A DNA stretch of 62,752 nt, filler included, from Asterionella formosa (taxonomy: Eukaryota), in NCBI GenBank assembly GCA_002256025.1. It is 19 parts of 19 records of this genome, joined end to end, with 100 filler letters (N's around TTAATTAATTAA, not from the genome) between each part and the next. Parts side by side here need not be neighbours in the genome. Positions count along the whole stretch, not along the records: positions 1 to 3,217 come from NKIB01014344.1; positions 3,318 to 6,533 come from NKIB01014346.1; positions 6,634 to 9,858 come from NKIB01014347.1; positions 9,959 to 13,172 come from NKIB01014348.1; 15 more parts are not named here. One strand, 5' to 3'. Numbering within the stretch: position 1 is the stretch's first letter; every line of letters starts with the position of its first letter. The translations under genes were made by a program, and so were the position numbers. Shown piece after piece: positions 1-10,499 of the stretch. The notes under the pieces are model-generated. The model made no database searches and was not told the origin of the DNA. It worked only from the letters and a program-made list of their open reading frames with translations.

Positions 1-745
1 ACCCCTTATCGCTCTGGCCTGGTCTATGACCGCATTGTGCCTGATGGTGCTGAACTTTCCCCCAAAGCTTGCGCGGCCATTATTCCACAATACCAGTCAC
101 TCATTGGGGCTCTCAATTGGCTGGCTGTCAGCACACGTCCCGATGTCTCTGTGGCCCTCACTCTCCTGGCTCAGCACAACTCCTATGCCACCCCTGCTCA
201 CCTTTTAGATGCCAAGTATGTGTTACGATACCTGGCTGGCTCTGCCGATCATGGCATTGCCTTTACCTCGCAATTTGCTTCCTCATACCTCTCCACCACC
301 TTTGGCTGGCCCAAGGACACTCCCACTCTCACCACTTACACCGATGCCAACTGGGGCCCCCAAGATGCTTCCAAACCCAACCCCACTGACATCATCTCTC
401 TTGCCGAGTGTTGTTCCCTTCTTGGTTCCATCAGTACACGTACAGGTGGCCCCATTGCCTGGCATCGAATCTGAAATCAAATCTGCAGATGAAGGCACCA
501 AGGTTACCCAATTCATCCGCCATATCCTTAGTGACCTCCACATGCCTGATGTCACTTTCCCCACCCCTCTTTGGAATGACAACCGAGGTGCTGTGGACTG
601 GTCCCACAACTGTGCTCACAAAAAGATGCGGCATATTAAGATCCGCAACATGGCTGTGCGCGACGCTCACCGTTTTTCCGAAATCTTTGTCACCCACCTC
701 CCAGGGGATACCAATGTTGCTGATCTGTTCACCAAAGAACATTAA
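1..745 (+). mobile_element. Ty1/Copia LTR retrotransposon, degenerate RT C-terminus and RNase H
   Basis: Motifs YQSLIGALNWLAVSTRPD, YTDANWG, DNRGAV, KKMRHIKIR and ADLFTK lie in ORFs 37..474 and 209..745, with a frameshift/deletion near 470. Confidence 0.9.
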
Positions 746-817
746 GATGATGCCCATTTTCTCCGCCTCCGCAATATTATTGTCCCGTCTCATGGGAATT
801 TTCTCACTTGAGGGGGT

Positions 818-988
818 TGTTGGTACCATATACCGGTTACTCCGTATATCCTACCAAGATTCCTGTAAGTGCTTAATTCCCGTGAGTACTGGTCCCTCTA
901 CAGCTAGTTAAATACTACTTTAGAATCTCAGTTCCTTGTTAATGTAGCTGCCGCTGGCACCCGTTGCAAGCGTTTCTCCCTCTCAACA
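818..988 (+). repeat. Putative 3' LTR of the Copia element, preceded by a polypurine tract
   Basis: GAGGGGG PPT at 810-816 is followed by TGTTG at 818 and CAACA ending at 988, shortly after the RNase H stop. Confidence 0.7.
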
Positions 989-1598
989 CACACAGCTGGC
1001 ATTACCTGGTACCTGGTACCAGTAAGTGGTTCAAAGAAAACACGGTCCTCCATGCAAATGCATTTTGCTCGAGCCGGCCGTCGAAAAAGCCCAAAAAGTT
1101 TTTTGAAACGTATGCCAATTTTAATCGTTCTGTAATTGTATACCGGGGTACCTGGTGCCTGGTACCAGGTACCGGCATATTATATACATGGATCTCTGGC
1201 TCAGGGCAATCCGCACAATAGGGCAATAAGCGGGAGAAAATCGTAGGAGTCAAAATGGCCCCGGAGTAATTTTAAGAATCGATGCAACTGTTACAGTGTA
1301 TGCATTGGACAGAGGGAGCACCTTTCTATGATGGGAATTCAAAGAAACGAATTCCTTGTTCAATAACGATTTTACAACCCTAGCGACGTCTTATTCCAAA
1401 CTAGGGTTAAGCTGGCGCCGCAGCAACCTTTACAAAGCAGACCAGAGTAAAATCAGCACTTCTTCGTTCCTTCGCTCGTGTTGTTCACAATGTAATTACC
1501 AGATACCACACTGCGAACAGTTCCGCCATCAATTTCAAATCCATCATTTGGGTGTTTCGCTCTATATTTATTACCTTTTATCGAAGTATTCAGCAGGC

Positions 1599-2070
1599 AT
1601 GTTCGCTCCAAAGGCAAAGTTTGCTCTGACCCGAGCTGCAAAGTCCGCAGCAAACCAGAACTCAGTGCGCCAAATGTCCGTCATCACATTGAGCGATGAA
1701 GATGCCATTGAAAAGTTTCGAATGATCAACAGCAGGAGCGTTCTGTATTTTACCGCATCCTGGTAAGTTTCTTCCATCGCTGCAACGTCTTTGTTGTTTC
1801 CTCCGCATGAACTGACCATCTTTTTCTCTAATGTCTTCAATTCGTAGGTGCCCCCCTTGCAAGGCAATTTCTCCAATCTACTCTGAGCTGTCAAAGAAAT
1901 ACCCTGATGTTGCCTTTGGGAAGGTTGACGTTGACGAATGCCAAGATGCAGCTCTAGATTTTGAAGTTCGATCTGTTCCTACGTTTGTTGTATTTGAAGG
2001 AGAAGTGGCGAAGGATAAGTTTGTTGGTGCTGATGCAAATCGATTGGAGGCCATGATCAAGACTCTTTAG
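1599..2070 (+). CDS. Thioredoxin (WCPPC active site), two exons 1599-1762 and 1848-2070, probable mitochondrial presequence
   Basis: Removing the GTAAGT...TAG intron 1763-1847 joins YFTAS-W to CPPCKAISP...FGKVDVDE...VRSVPTF...FVGAD. The N-terminus is basic, Ala-rich and has no acidic residues. Confidence 0.92.
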
Positions 2071-2495
2071 TACTCATAGTAGCCATGCACATATGCTGTA
2101 TTATGTAATTGAATTTAGATAGGTTATGGATACAACGTGTGCTAGGAAATGGCGGTATTTCTTCTTATTTAATCATGTTGAATATACATCCATCTCAATC
2201 ACTCACGAATAGTTGGCTATGATTTTTTCTTTGATGTAAGTTTCGGTTACCCTTGATTGGCAAGCCATACTGTGTATAGCAACAAGTTGGGTAGAGCTTC
2301 ATTAATTTATCACTTTACTGGGGTGTGTTCTGTCCTTGTGCATTGTTTGCAGTTTTCCAGCAGATGTGATGATGTTTGTTGTTGTTGCTAATATGGAGTA
2401 CACACAACCCTCCACTTTGACTTAGTTTGCACCATGAATTGGTAACCCAGTACTCCTTCTGTTCCAGTTGCAGTACCAGGTACTCCCTCTGGGCG

Positions 2496-2860
2496 AAAAA
2501 AGATAGCATGTTTTAGAGTCAATTTGTACTCCCCTATTTTTAGGCAAGTATGTCATTGTGCTACCTGCCAACAATACCTGTGCTTCCCTAGTTTTGTTAG
2601 CATAGGTGAGTCCCCAACCGCCTTTCGCAAAAGGTGATCATCTTACCCGCAGTGTTAGGGGAAACTCCAACTGCCTAGAAAGGCGGCACAAGCTGCTTGT
2701 AGGGGGTAATCCACTCTTTCTTGCAAACCAGACAAGACCATAAGGGGTGGTAAGGAGTGTAGGAGTGGAACCCAACAATTGTTTCTCAAAAAATTGCGGG
2801 AATCGAACCTCACAACCTCAGATCAAAGGCAACATGCTAAACCACAAAGCCATTCCCTTA
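2496..2860 (-). mobile_element. Candidate tRNA-derived SINE or Pol III ncRNA
   Basis: The minus strand has A-box-like TGGCTTTGTGG (2852-2842) and B-box GGTTCGATTCC (2809-2799). The body 2500-2715 recurs at 49330-49552, and both copies end in a minus-strand T-run. Confidence 0.55.
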
Positions 2861-3003
2861 TCAGCCAAGGTATTTGTTCATGTCTTGATAATGTTAATTA
2901 ACTTGATGGATGTTTAATAACCTGATGTGGTTTAACATTGATAAAATATATGGAATCCAACAAATCGAGAATCAATATTTTTAGTAGTGATTAGAAACCA
3001 AGA

Positions 3004-3217
3004 CCCAAAACATTTCGACATTTATTGACAAATGACTGGAGATGTTTACTTATTGACAAATGACTGGACTGGAGATGTTTACTTGTTGAAAAATGACTGG
3101 AGATGTTACTTATTGACAAGTGAATCAGATGCTCACTTATTGTCAAAAGAATAAGTGCTGCTCACTTATTGTCAAATGAATATGCTTACTTATTGTCAAA
3201 GTAAGCAAGATCATTTT
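3004..3217. repeat. MITE-like element with subterminal TTATTGACAA/TTATTGTCAA repeats
   Basis: Tandem units of ~28 bp flip motif orientation near 3125. Bases 3159-3217 are the exact reverse complement of 13114-13172, where the sequence starts CCCGTCAAAA. Confidence 0.6.
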
Positions 3218-3317
3218 NNNNNNNNNNNNNNNNNNNNNNNNNNNNNNNNNNNNNNNNNNNNTTAATTAATTAANNNNNNNNNNNNNNNNNNNNNNNNNNN
3301 NNNNNNNNNNNNNNNNN
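3218..3317. other. Artificial contig spacer (N44-TTAATTAATTAA-N44), first of 18 in the window
   Basis: An identical 100-bp linker with stops in all six frames starts at 3218, 6534, 9859, 13173, 16486, 19799, 23109, 26418, 29726, 33033, 36340, 39647, 42950, 46252, 49553, 52854, 56154 and 59454. Confidence 0.99.
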
Positions 3318-3372
3318 CAAGTCGGTACCAGGGTACTCAATTTCTCAACAAGGCAACACCTATTACACGCGC

Positions 3373-4239
3373 ATGTTGTCGAGTTCGAAGAAAGGAATCG
3401 ATTATTCCAAGTGGGATCACATTGAATGTAGTGATAATGACGATGAGGAGGAGGACGACGAAGCACCACTGTCATTTCATCCCAAGACGAATAATAATCC
3501 TCGCGTCACACGATTCGATGCGCCACGTCGAGTGACAACCCAAAACGATGGGACCTTGTTTATTGAATCGTCATGTAAAGTGGAGGAATCCTTGGTGGAG
3601 AATCAAATAGTGAGCAAGAAAGAAGAGCCATCCTGTAGAATAGACGAGAAAGCAGTCATCGACAAGAAGCAACTTGAATGGACCACACAAGGGGGACGGA
3701 CAACAACTTCTGGGGAAACTGGAGAACTGGATCTCTATTGGACCCAAGATCGACACGACGCAATCATACGAATACAGCTCCCATCTTACATTTCTAGCAA
3801 GGATGTGTCAGTCAACATTTCTGGGACAGTCTTGACTTATGAAGATAGGAACTCTGCTGCCGGGGATCAGCGAGCGACTGTAGTTGTCACTTCCAAGACC
3901 AAGGTGCTCTTGAGCTCCACGCTCGTATATCCCGTGCATTATTCGCAAGACGACAATGAAGATGACGTGGATTGGTCAATTGATTACCTTGGAAGCGAAC
4001 GATTTGTTGTCATTATCCTCCACAAGGCAGCACCGATGCACGGGGTCACCCTTTGGTGGAGGCGTCCATTGGCGGATATGGAGGAAGTTGAGATTGATCG
4101 AGGTTCCAATCAGAAGGAACAAGGCAAAAAATTTCAGCAAGCTTGGGAAGAGGCACATCGCCAGTTTCTGGCCAAGATTGAGAGCGGAGAGCTGCCGAGA
4201 ATGAATACAAAAATGGATCCACGTGACCATCATCATTGA
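3373..4239 (+). CDS. CS/p23-like (NudC-type) domain co-chaperone-like protein
   Basis: 288-aa ORF with N-terminal IDYSKWDHIECSD, YWTQDRHDAIIRI (CS domain start), and DWSI...IILHKAAP...WWRR. Confidence 0.7.
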   Translation: MLSSSKKGIDYSKWDHIECSDNDDEEEDDEAPLSFHPKTNNNPRVTRFDAPRRVTTQNDGTLFIESSCKVEESLVENQIVSKKEEPSCRIDEKAVIDKKQLEWTTQGGRTTTSGETGELDLYWTQDRHDAIIRIQLPSYISSKDVSVNISGTVLTYEDRNSAAGDQRATVVVTSKTKVLLSSTLVYPVHYSQDDNEDDVDWSIDYLGSERFVVIILHKAAPMHGVTLWWRRPLADMEEVEIDRGSNQKEQGKKFQQAWEEAHRQFLAKIESGELPRMNTKMDPRDHHH

Positions 4240-4390
4240 ACAAGAGAATGCTGGATTTCCAAGCCCAGCAGGCGATTCATCGGCAATGCAACTGCAGTTC
4301 CACTAGCAGGGGAGTCATTGCAATGGCTCTGGAGAATGCATAATACTCAAGAATTTCGTATTTCATCTCAGTCCTAATTAATGTCCCTTC

Positions 4391-6406
4391 TTAGTAGGAA
4401 TTGTTATCTAATACCATATTTGTTTGTCTCGATAGCTGTGGTAACAATGCCAATGCAACAGGAGTTAATGGAATACACATGCCATCAGTTGCAAATCCAA
4501 CTCCGTGAACAACATTTCCTCCAGGGGGGTGCTTGGGATAGCGCTGGGAAAAATGAGTCAAAAGGCACGATTGGGCATTCATGTCTTTGGCGATTTGTGT
4601 CGCTTCCATTACAGTTGAGTGGCGCTTGGCTTCGGCAAGGCTGCGGTCGTCATCGTCAAAGGTAGCTTCATGCAGCAGAAGTGATACTGAAAAGTCATCA
4701 TTTTTATGGCAGCATGCTCGAACAAGGTTCTTTGATGGTCTTGTGTCGCCACTGTAACAAAGTGTAAAAGGTATCAATCCTGGCACTTGTATCCTGATAA
4801 TCAATCCATGAGCATGTGGACAGTGTTCCACTGCTACACTGCGTAGTATTTGGATGGGTTGATACAACGTCCCATGCTGATGTAAAGTAGTATCGAACAA
4901 GGTGTGTCGCACTTCACTGCAAAAAGGCGATGTTTCAAATTCAGAATGAGTGACTCCATAGTAAAGGCGGCGACCACCTGCTACTTGCTTGCCATTGGAA
5001 CATTGCAACATTGTGTCCACATAAGTGAGTACCTTGGATGGTGCAATTACAATTGGGAATGCCCCCTCCATGGAAGTTGTTTTCATGCGCTTCGTCTGGT
5101 TTGTATCTTCTGCGATTCTTGCAATTTCTCGTAATAATGTCGTCAATCCCCCATAGTGATCCAAATGTGCATGTGATATCCAAATGAAACGAATTTGTTT
5201 AAGTTGATCTGTTACTGTTTGGAATGACATGGTTGGTAAATGACGGGCCAGATTGGTCAAGAAACCTTCACCGCATTCCAGCACACCAATGAGAGATTGC
5301 GAGTCTTGGTGTGGAAGAAACAGTCCATATCCAGATGATCCTCGATGTGGAGAGGGTGATGCACAACCAGTTCCCAATATTAAAAGGTATGGAACAGGTT
5401 GAAAGTATTGCAATTGAGAAAGAAAGGAGGATTCCTCCTCTTCCTCGTCCAAATCAATTTCATTTTCATCAAATTCCACACCGTGGTGATACCAAGCATG
5501 GTGCAACTGGTCAAGAATGGTTGGTTGTAAAATAGAAGCGGCAATACCTCGCTCGGTACAGCTCGCGTTGATTTCGTCCATTTGCGTGGTGTATATTTCT
5601 AAAGTCGTCAAATCCAATGTGGAACATGAAACAAGGTGATGATCATTCGCGTTTGGTACCACATTTTTCGATACTGGAAATGAGTACGCAAAGGGAAGCA
5701 TTTGATTTAACAATTGGGCTTGGTAGATGGCCCTAATAAAGAGTCCACGATCCAGAGTTATATTGGATGGCTGAGTAAAAAATACTTCACCCTCACCTTG
5801 AGCGTCACAACTACCGATATTATTCGTTACAATGGTACATCTCAATGCAGGGTCTTTTCCTTTTGTTCGTCGTTCCATAACATAGTCCGGGAGCACGTCA
5901 AGTGTTGTCATGGGTGGCACAACAGCGAAGGATATGTCCGCACCTGCAAGTGACAGTGTGTAGATGAAGCTCAACCCCCCTCCTTCCCTCTTGCTTTTGG
6001 CGTGAGCCACTAAATATTCATCCTTATATACTTGGTACCAATCCCCGTCCAAGGGGACGTCGCAGGTAGTGACTGGCAAAAGATGGCGTTCATGTCCAGT
6101 CGTCAAAACGGTCGAAGCCATGGGACCCACCAGCACCAGTTTGGCGGCTCCAGCTTGAGACAAGGTAAGAATCAATGAAGCAAGGCCATCCAATGATTCC
6201 AATGTGGGAAAAAAAACTGCAGCCACATTGTTCAAGGGAACTCGTTGATCCGCTGACAATCGAGCCGATGCTGACGACAAGCCCGACAATGCGTAGCGCT
6301 TCAGCACGCTACTGTCCCGTCGCTTGAGTTCCAACAACAACGTGGCGCTTCCAGTATACTCCGATCCATCTGTCAAGCAGTGAATGGAGTGTGACATGGA
6401 AGACAA
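4391..6406 (-). CDS. Ribonuclease Z-like (ELAC2/tRNase Z long form) metallo-beta-lactamase protein
   Basis: Motifs LGTGCASPSPHR, ECGEG, ISHAHLDHYGG, HCPHA, YSGDTRP, HEATF, HST and THFSQRYP. Confidence 0.88.
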   Translation of the reverse strand: MSSMSHSIHCLTDGSEYTGSATLLLELKRRDSSVLKRYALSGLSSASARLSADQRVPLNNVAAVFFPTLESLDGLASLILTLSQAGAAKLVLVGPMASTVLTTGHERHLLPVTTCDVPLDGDWYQVYKDEYLVAHAKSKREGGGLSFIYTLSLAGADISFAVVPPMTTLDVLPDYVMERRTKGKDPALRCTIVTNNIGSCDAQGEGEVFFTQPSNITLDRGLFIRAIYQAQLLNQMLPFAYSFPVSKNVVPNANDHHLVSCSTLDLTTLEIYTTQMDEINASCTERGIAASILQPTILDQLHHAWYHHGVEFDENEIDLDEEEEESSFLSQLQYFQPVPYLLILGTGCASPSPHRGSSGYGLFLPHQDSQSLIGVLECGEGFLTNLARHLPTMSFQTVTDQLKQIRFIWISHAHLDHYGGLTTLLREIARIAEDTNQTKRMKTTSMEGAFPIVIAPSKVLTYVDTMLQCSNGKQVAGGRRLYYGVTHSEFETSPFCSEVRHTLFDTTLHQHGTLYQPIQILRSVAVEHCPHAHGLIIRIQVPGLIPFTLCYSGDTRPSKNLVRACCHKNDDFSVSLLLHEATFDDDDRSLAEAKRHSTVMEATQIAKDMNAQSCLLTHFSQRYPKHPPGGNVVHGVGFATDGMCIPLTPVALALLPQLSRQTNMVLDNNSY

Positions 6407-6633
6407 CCAGTTGTCTGTTCAGGCCCTGATATATATCATTGGGTTGAGTTTTACATCTTTGTTAGCATTATTAACGCTTTTTCCATTTGTGTCCATTTTA
6501 AAGATTATATTTGGTACATTTTTGTTTTAAATGNNNNNNNNNNNNNNNNNNNNNNNNNNNNNNNNNNNNNNNNNNNNTTAATTAATTAANNNNNNNNNNN
6601 NNNNNNNNNNNNNNNNNNNNNNNNNNNNNNNNN

Positions 6634-8370
6634 AACCTGCTTGGCGTGTGCGTACACACAGCCACTGTCGACTTGTTTTCATTGGTATGTTGTTCTTGTA
6701 TTCACTGTTGAACTTGTCCGCATCTTTGTTAACATCAATAGACCTACAAGTGGCCTGGCTCTCTTCATTGTTGTTTGCTCCTGGAAAAGTCGGTGTCCAT
6801 GTCATCCTCATCAATAGAGAGACAAGTTCTTTCGCTGGAAAAATTGGTACTCGTGGTATCATTATTCGCTCGTTGGAACCACTGTCCGTTTCCTCAAACC
6901 TGATTAGCGTGTGAGTATGTGCACTGTCGACTTTTGTACATTACAGGCGGAGTGACTTCGCTACTAAATTGCGTGATATAATAATATACCCCGTAGCACG
7001 ATGCATAATACAGTTGCTTCCCAATCATCTCATCATGATTGACAAGATGATAATGTGATATCATGATAGGGTTACATCGATGCATACATCACCAAAGTAT
7101 GATACGTAATAATAAATAAAGTACATCACAGAACTATGATACACTGATCATAAAACTATGATGATTTTATAAAATGTTAATGAAATAATTTTGATCAAAA
7201 TATGATTATGTTAAAATAGTACAATGACAATAAAATACGATAAAATATATACGCAAGTGTTACCAAGACATCATAGAATATAAATCAAGCAATCATAAAG
7301 TATGTTAATTAATATATGTGTTTGTCGTTTAATTTATACAGTTAAAACGATCATATTATACAGTGGATAGGATCTAAGTATATGGATGCGTTGATATGTA
7401 CATCACTATAATATGATTTGTGACATGGATTGATGCATATCACATACCGGTATCCTCAACAACCAGCCATCACGTTCATTATTGTGTCGTCTTTCCTTGT
7501 TTTAGCTATATATATGCTCAGATCCGTTCCATTGCAAATCTTCCTTCAATAGGTCAAACTCGTCATCCTTGAGCATTTGCCTTCCAGTGGCATCGTAGGA
7601 CTGAAGCGCGTCCAGAAAGATACGCTCCTTTTCGGCTACTGTGAGACGAATGAGTTCCCCACTTTCCGGATCGACGACACAGTATTCCTCGTCAGGACTA
7701 CTTTCGTTTTTGCTTGATCCCTATGGGGAAAGATGGAAGTAAGAATTTTTATTTACTCATAAATAGTTACTAACAAAATGGTTATTTGTTTTTAATCAAG
7801 TACAGCCATTTGCAAATAAGCGGACGCTGGTGTCGTTTCTTTTGCTCCATCGACCGAGTCGGACAGAAGTGTCATGTTTATGACAAGTCTCTTCGTTCCA
7901 ACCACTCCTCATATTCGAAACCGTTTGATTCGTTGTTGTGGCACGTCAAACGACTATGCGAATCTTTATGTGCCAGTTGTTCAATAATTCAGAAGAAATA
8001 CAGCATCAGCTGGCAGCATGACAAACAGCACGCCAAGGCACACTAAAAACTCATGATTTACGGACCCCTGTTATCATATGACATTAACACAGAATCAGAA
8101 AGCATCAATACTCAATCCTGGATTTCATCCGAATGCTCCTGAATTGAAAGGGTTTGCTGCAATGTCAATTGAATCCTCGACTCAAATAGAAGAACTCTGC
8201 AATACAGTTGAATGGTGAGTGTGTTCTTGTTGTGTACCTAAATGCTAGTATGGCTTGTCAGCTCACGCATTGTTGTTGCCAACAGGGAAAATGAGGTCCA
8301 GAATGAAAATTGTTCAGGTAAGATTACTGCGCTATTTTGACGGCTATATGAGCAACGCTACTGATAACTC
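6634..8370. repeat. Copy of a mosaic interspersed repeat family (shared with 29000-29725, 33133-36339 and 36440-39646)
   Basis: 6650-7225 matches 29150-29725 directly. About 6920-7930 is the reverse complement of ~35360-36330, and 8235-8357 is the reverse complement of 33133-33255. Confidence 0.9.
7502..7720 (-). pseudogene. PGRL1: Captured exon fragment of PGR5-like protein 1 (N-terminal stromal part)
   Basis: Translates as EEYCVVDPESGELIRLTVAEKERIFLDALQSYDATGRQMLKDDEFDLLKEDLQWNGS, matching the PGRL1 motif FL.ALQSFY..GK..M.NEEFD.LKEEL.W.GS. It is preceded by a pyrimidine tract and AG, and lacks the transmembrane half. Confidence 0.8.
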
Positions 8371-8483
8371 ACACTGATCTTCCTCTTCATTCAATTGACA
8401 TTGCAGCAAACCCTTTCAGTGCAGGAGCATTCGCATGCCGTTCCGAATGAGCAGGCTTTATTTCATTAATGAAACTCTTTAAT

Positions 8484-8740
8484 TTAGTTGAATTACCTGC
8501 AGTAAAATAGTTGAACAACCTTCAGAAAAATAGTGGAATGGCCTTCAGATAATTAGTTGAATGAACTCCAGAAAATTACGTAAACAAATTTTACATATTA
8601 AGTGAACTTTATTCTAGAATTATGTGAACGAAATTATAAGGCAATGTGAACTAAATTACAGAATTACGTGAAGTATTTCAAATAATTACTTGAAGTATTT
8701 CAAATAATTACTTGATGTATTTCAAATAATTACGTGAAGG
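8484..8740. repeat. Degenerate ~22-bp tandem repeat (AATTACGTGAAGTATTTCAAAT-like)
   Basis: About 11 imperfect units are visible, and they are near-perfect at 8661-8738. Confidence 0.7.
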
Positions 8741-10499
8741 TGATGACGTAATATAGTGATGATCAGGAATGCATGCATGATATTTTGATCAAATATTTAA
8801 CGTGATGTGTTCAGATAATATATAGATATATTCAACTACGTATTTTGATGTATTCAACTAATTCATGTGATGCATTCAAAATCAACTAGGCTTATTTATG
8901 TGATGGTCACTTCATGTAATACGCGGCTTAGATGTCGTTGCCACTACAATTTGGGGAATTCCCTCATGATATGGAAATCCCCTGAAATCATTACTTATAT
9001 ATCTAAATACACCATATGATCGTTTTGAATACTTTTATGCTAGAATTCGATTTGGCAGGAACTATTTTAGTGTGAAACTCATTGCCCCAATGGAAAAAAA
9101 TTCGTTTTTTACCAGAGAGCTAGATTCTGTCCGGTTCAGAGGCACAGATCTATCATAGAATATGTTTACCAGCCGTCAATGAGTGTACATATGCATATTT
9201 ATTGTTATGCAACGAGTAAAAATGTACAGGAATAAATATAACAGTATATTGATGCATATATTTAGTCTCTTCTTTCCTGAATACATATTTACTATGTATA
9301 CTTGTGAACTAATACAACAATACTTGTGAACTAATACAACACACACACCATATGTATTGTTGAATATTTCTTACGTACTAGTTTGTATAATCTTGGAACA
9401 TGATGTTTGCCAGTACTAGTAGTAGTGGCAACATCACCATGACAATGACGATATGCCTATTGTTAACAGATAAATCACCAATTCTAAATTAATTGTAATT
9501 TTCAGAAACTACTGATGTTGTAAGTTAATGCATACATGATAGACAACAGTTATCTACAAACAATTTGGGTTTTGATCTGGCAAGAAATCATGGAGATATT
9601 GTTGCTTCAGTTGAGTGCCATTTTGCTTCCACCGATTTTCTATTTTAGCCATTTTGCATACATGTGTCAGAGTGTGTCTGTTAGGCTGTTGATGTCGACA
9701 GGTGTCCGAAGGCTAGGTAGTCTGAGGAATGTCTAAACGGAAATAGACAGGATTTATATAGCAGAAGAAGCTGCAGACGAGCGGCGTGAGAAAGATCTTG
9801 ACCGGTCATTCCAGGGCAGTACTGGAGCGCGCTAGAGTAGCGCCATATATTTCAACATNNNNNNNNNNNNNNNNNNNNNNNNNNNNNNNNNNNNNNNNNN
9901 NNTTAATTAATTAANNNNNNNNNNNNNNNNNNNNNNNNNNNNNNNNNNNNNNNNNNNNCTAAAATCGAACGTTCTATTTGATTCTTGTCTGGCCACACCG
10001 AAAACATTGGAGGACACACAGAAACAGGGTTTCTGTATGTCCTCCATCAGTTCAATCTACCGGACAAACTACCAGGATTCTGTGTTCCTCCACCGGACAA
10101 TCGTCCGGTATTTGAGAAAGTGATTGAACTGTTGTTCATCAAGACGAACACGGTGAAGCTAGTGATTTTCGGTTGAAGTTCAGTGAAAAACATCTTCAAG
10201 GCGTTATACCGGACGATTGTCTGGTAAATATCTAGTACTAGCTAGCTTGCAGTAGCTCTCTATCGAAGGGTAATTTTTAAAATGGAATCTTGATTGAGCG
10301 AAAATGTGCCTTTTTTGTCAGTAGAAGTGTGATATATACGTGGCTGCAACTATAATTTAGAATAAACATCACTCTAACGTAAGACATATACCATTTCTGT
10401 GAGTACAAGCATAGTACATAATGATTATTGTAATATTTTTGCGTGCACATTCATAATCACATTTTTATTGCTCATTTGCACATTCTTGGTTTCATCCTC

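Noticed and set aside
2796..2860. Functional tRNA gene
   Set aside because: A and B boxes are present but no convincing acceptor or anticodon stems were found, so it is treated as tRNA-derived.
3017..3217. CRISPR-like array (also considered for 8484-8740, 21420-22130 and 34480-34745)
   Set aside because: The units are degenerate tandem repeats without constant repeats and unique, equal-length spacers, and no cas genes are present.
3218..3317. Regularly spaced TTAATTAATTAA palindromes every ~3.3 kb
   Set aside because: They are artificial all-frame-stop linkers embedded in N runs. The periodicity reflects length-sorted contigs.
8942..8949. CACTACAA as a CACTA transposon terminus
   Set aside because: It is a single 8-mer with no matching inverted end in the contig, so it is compatible with chance.
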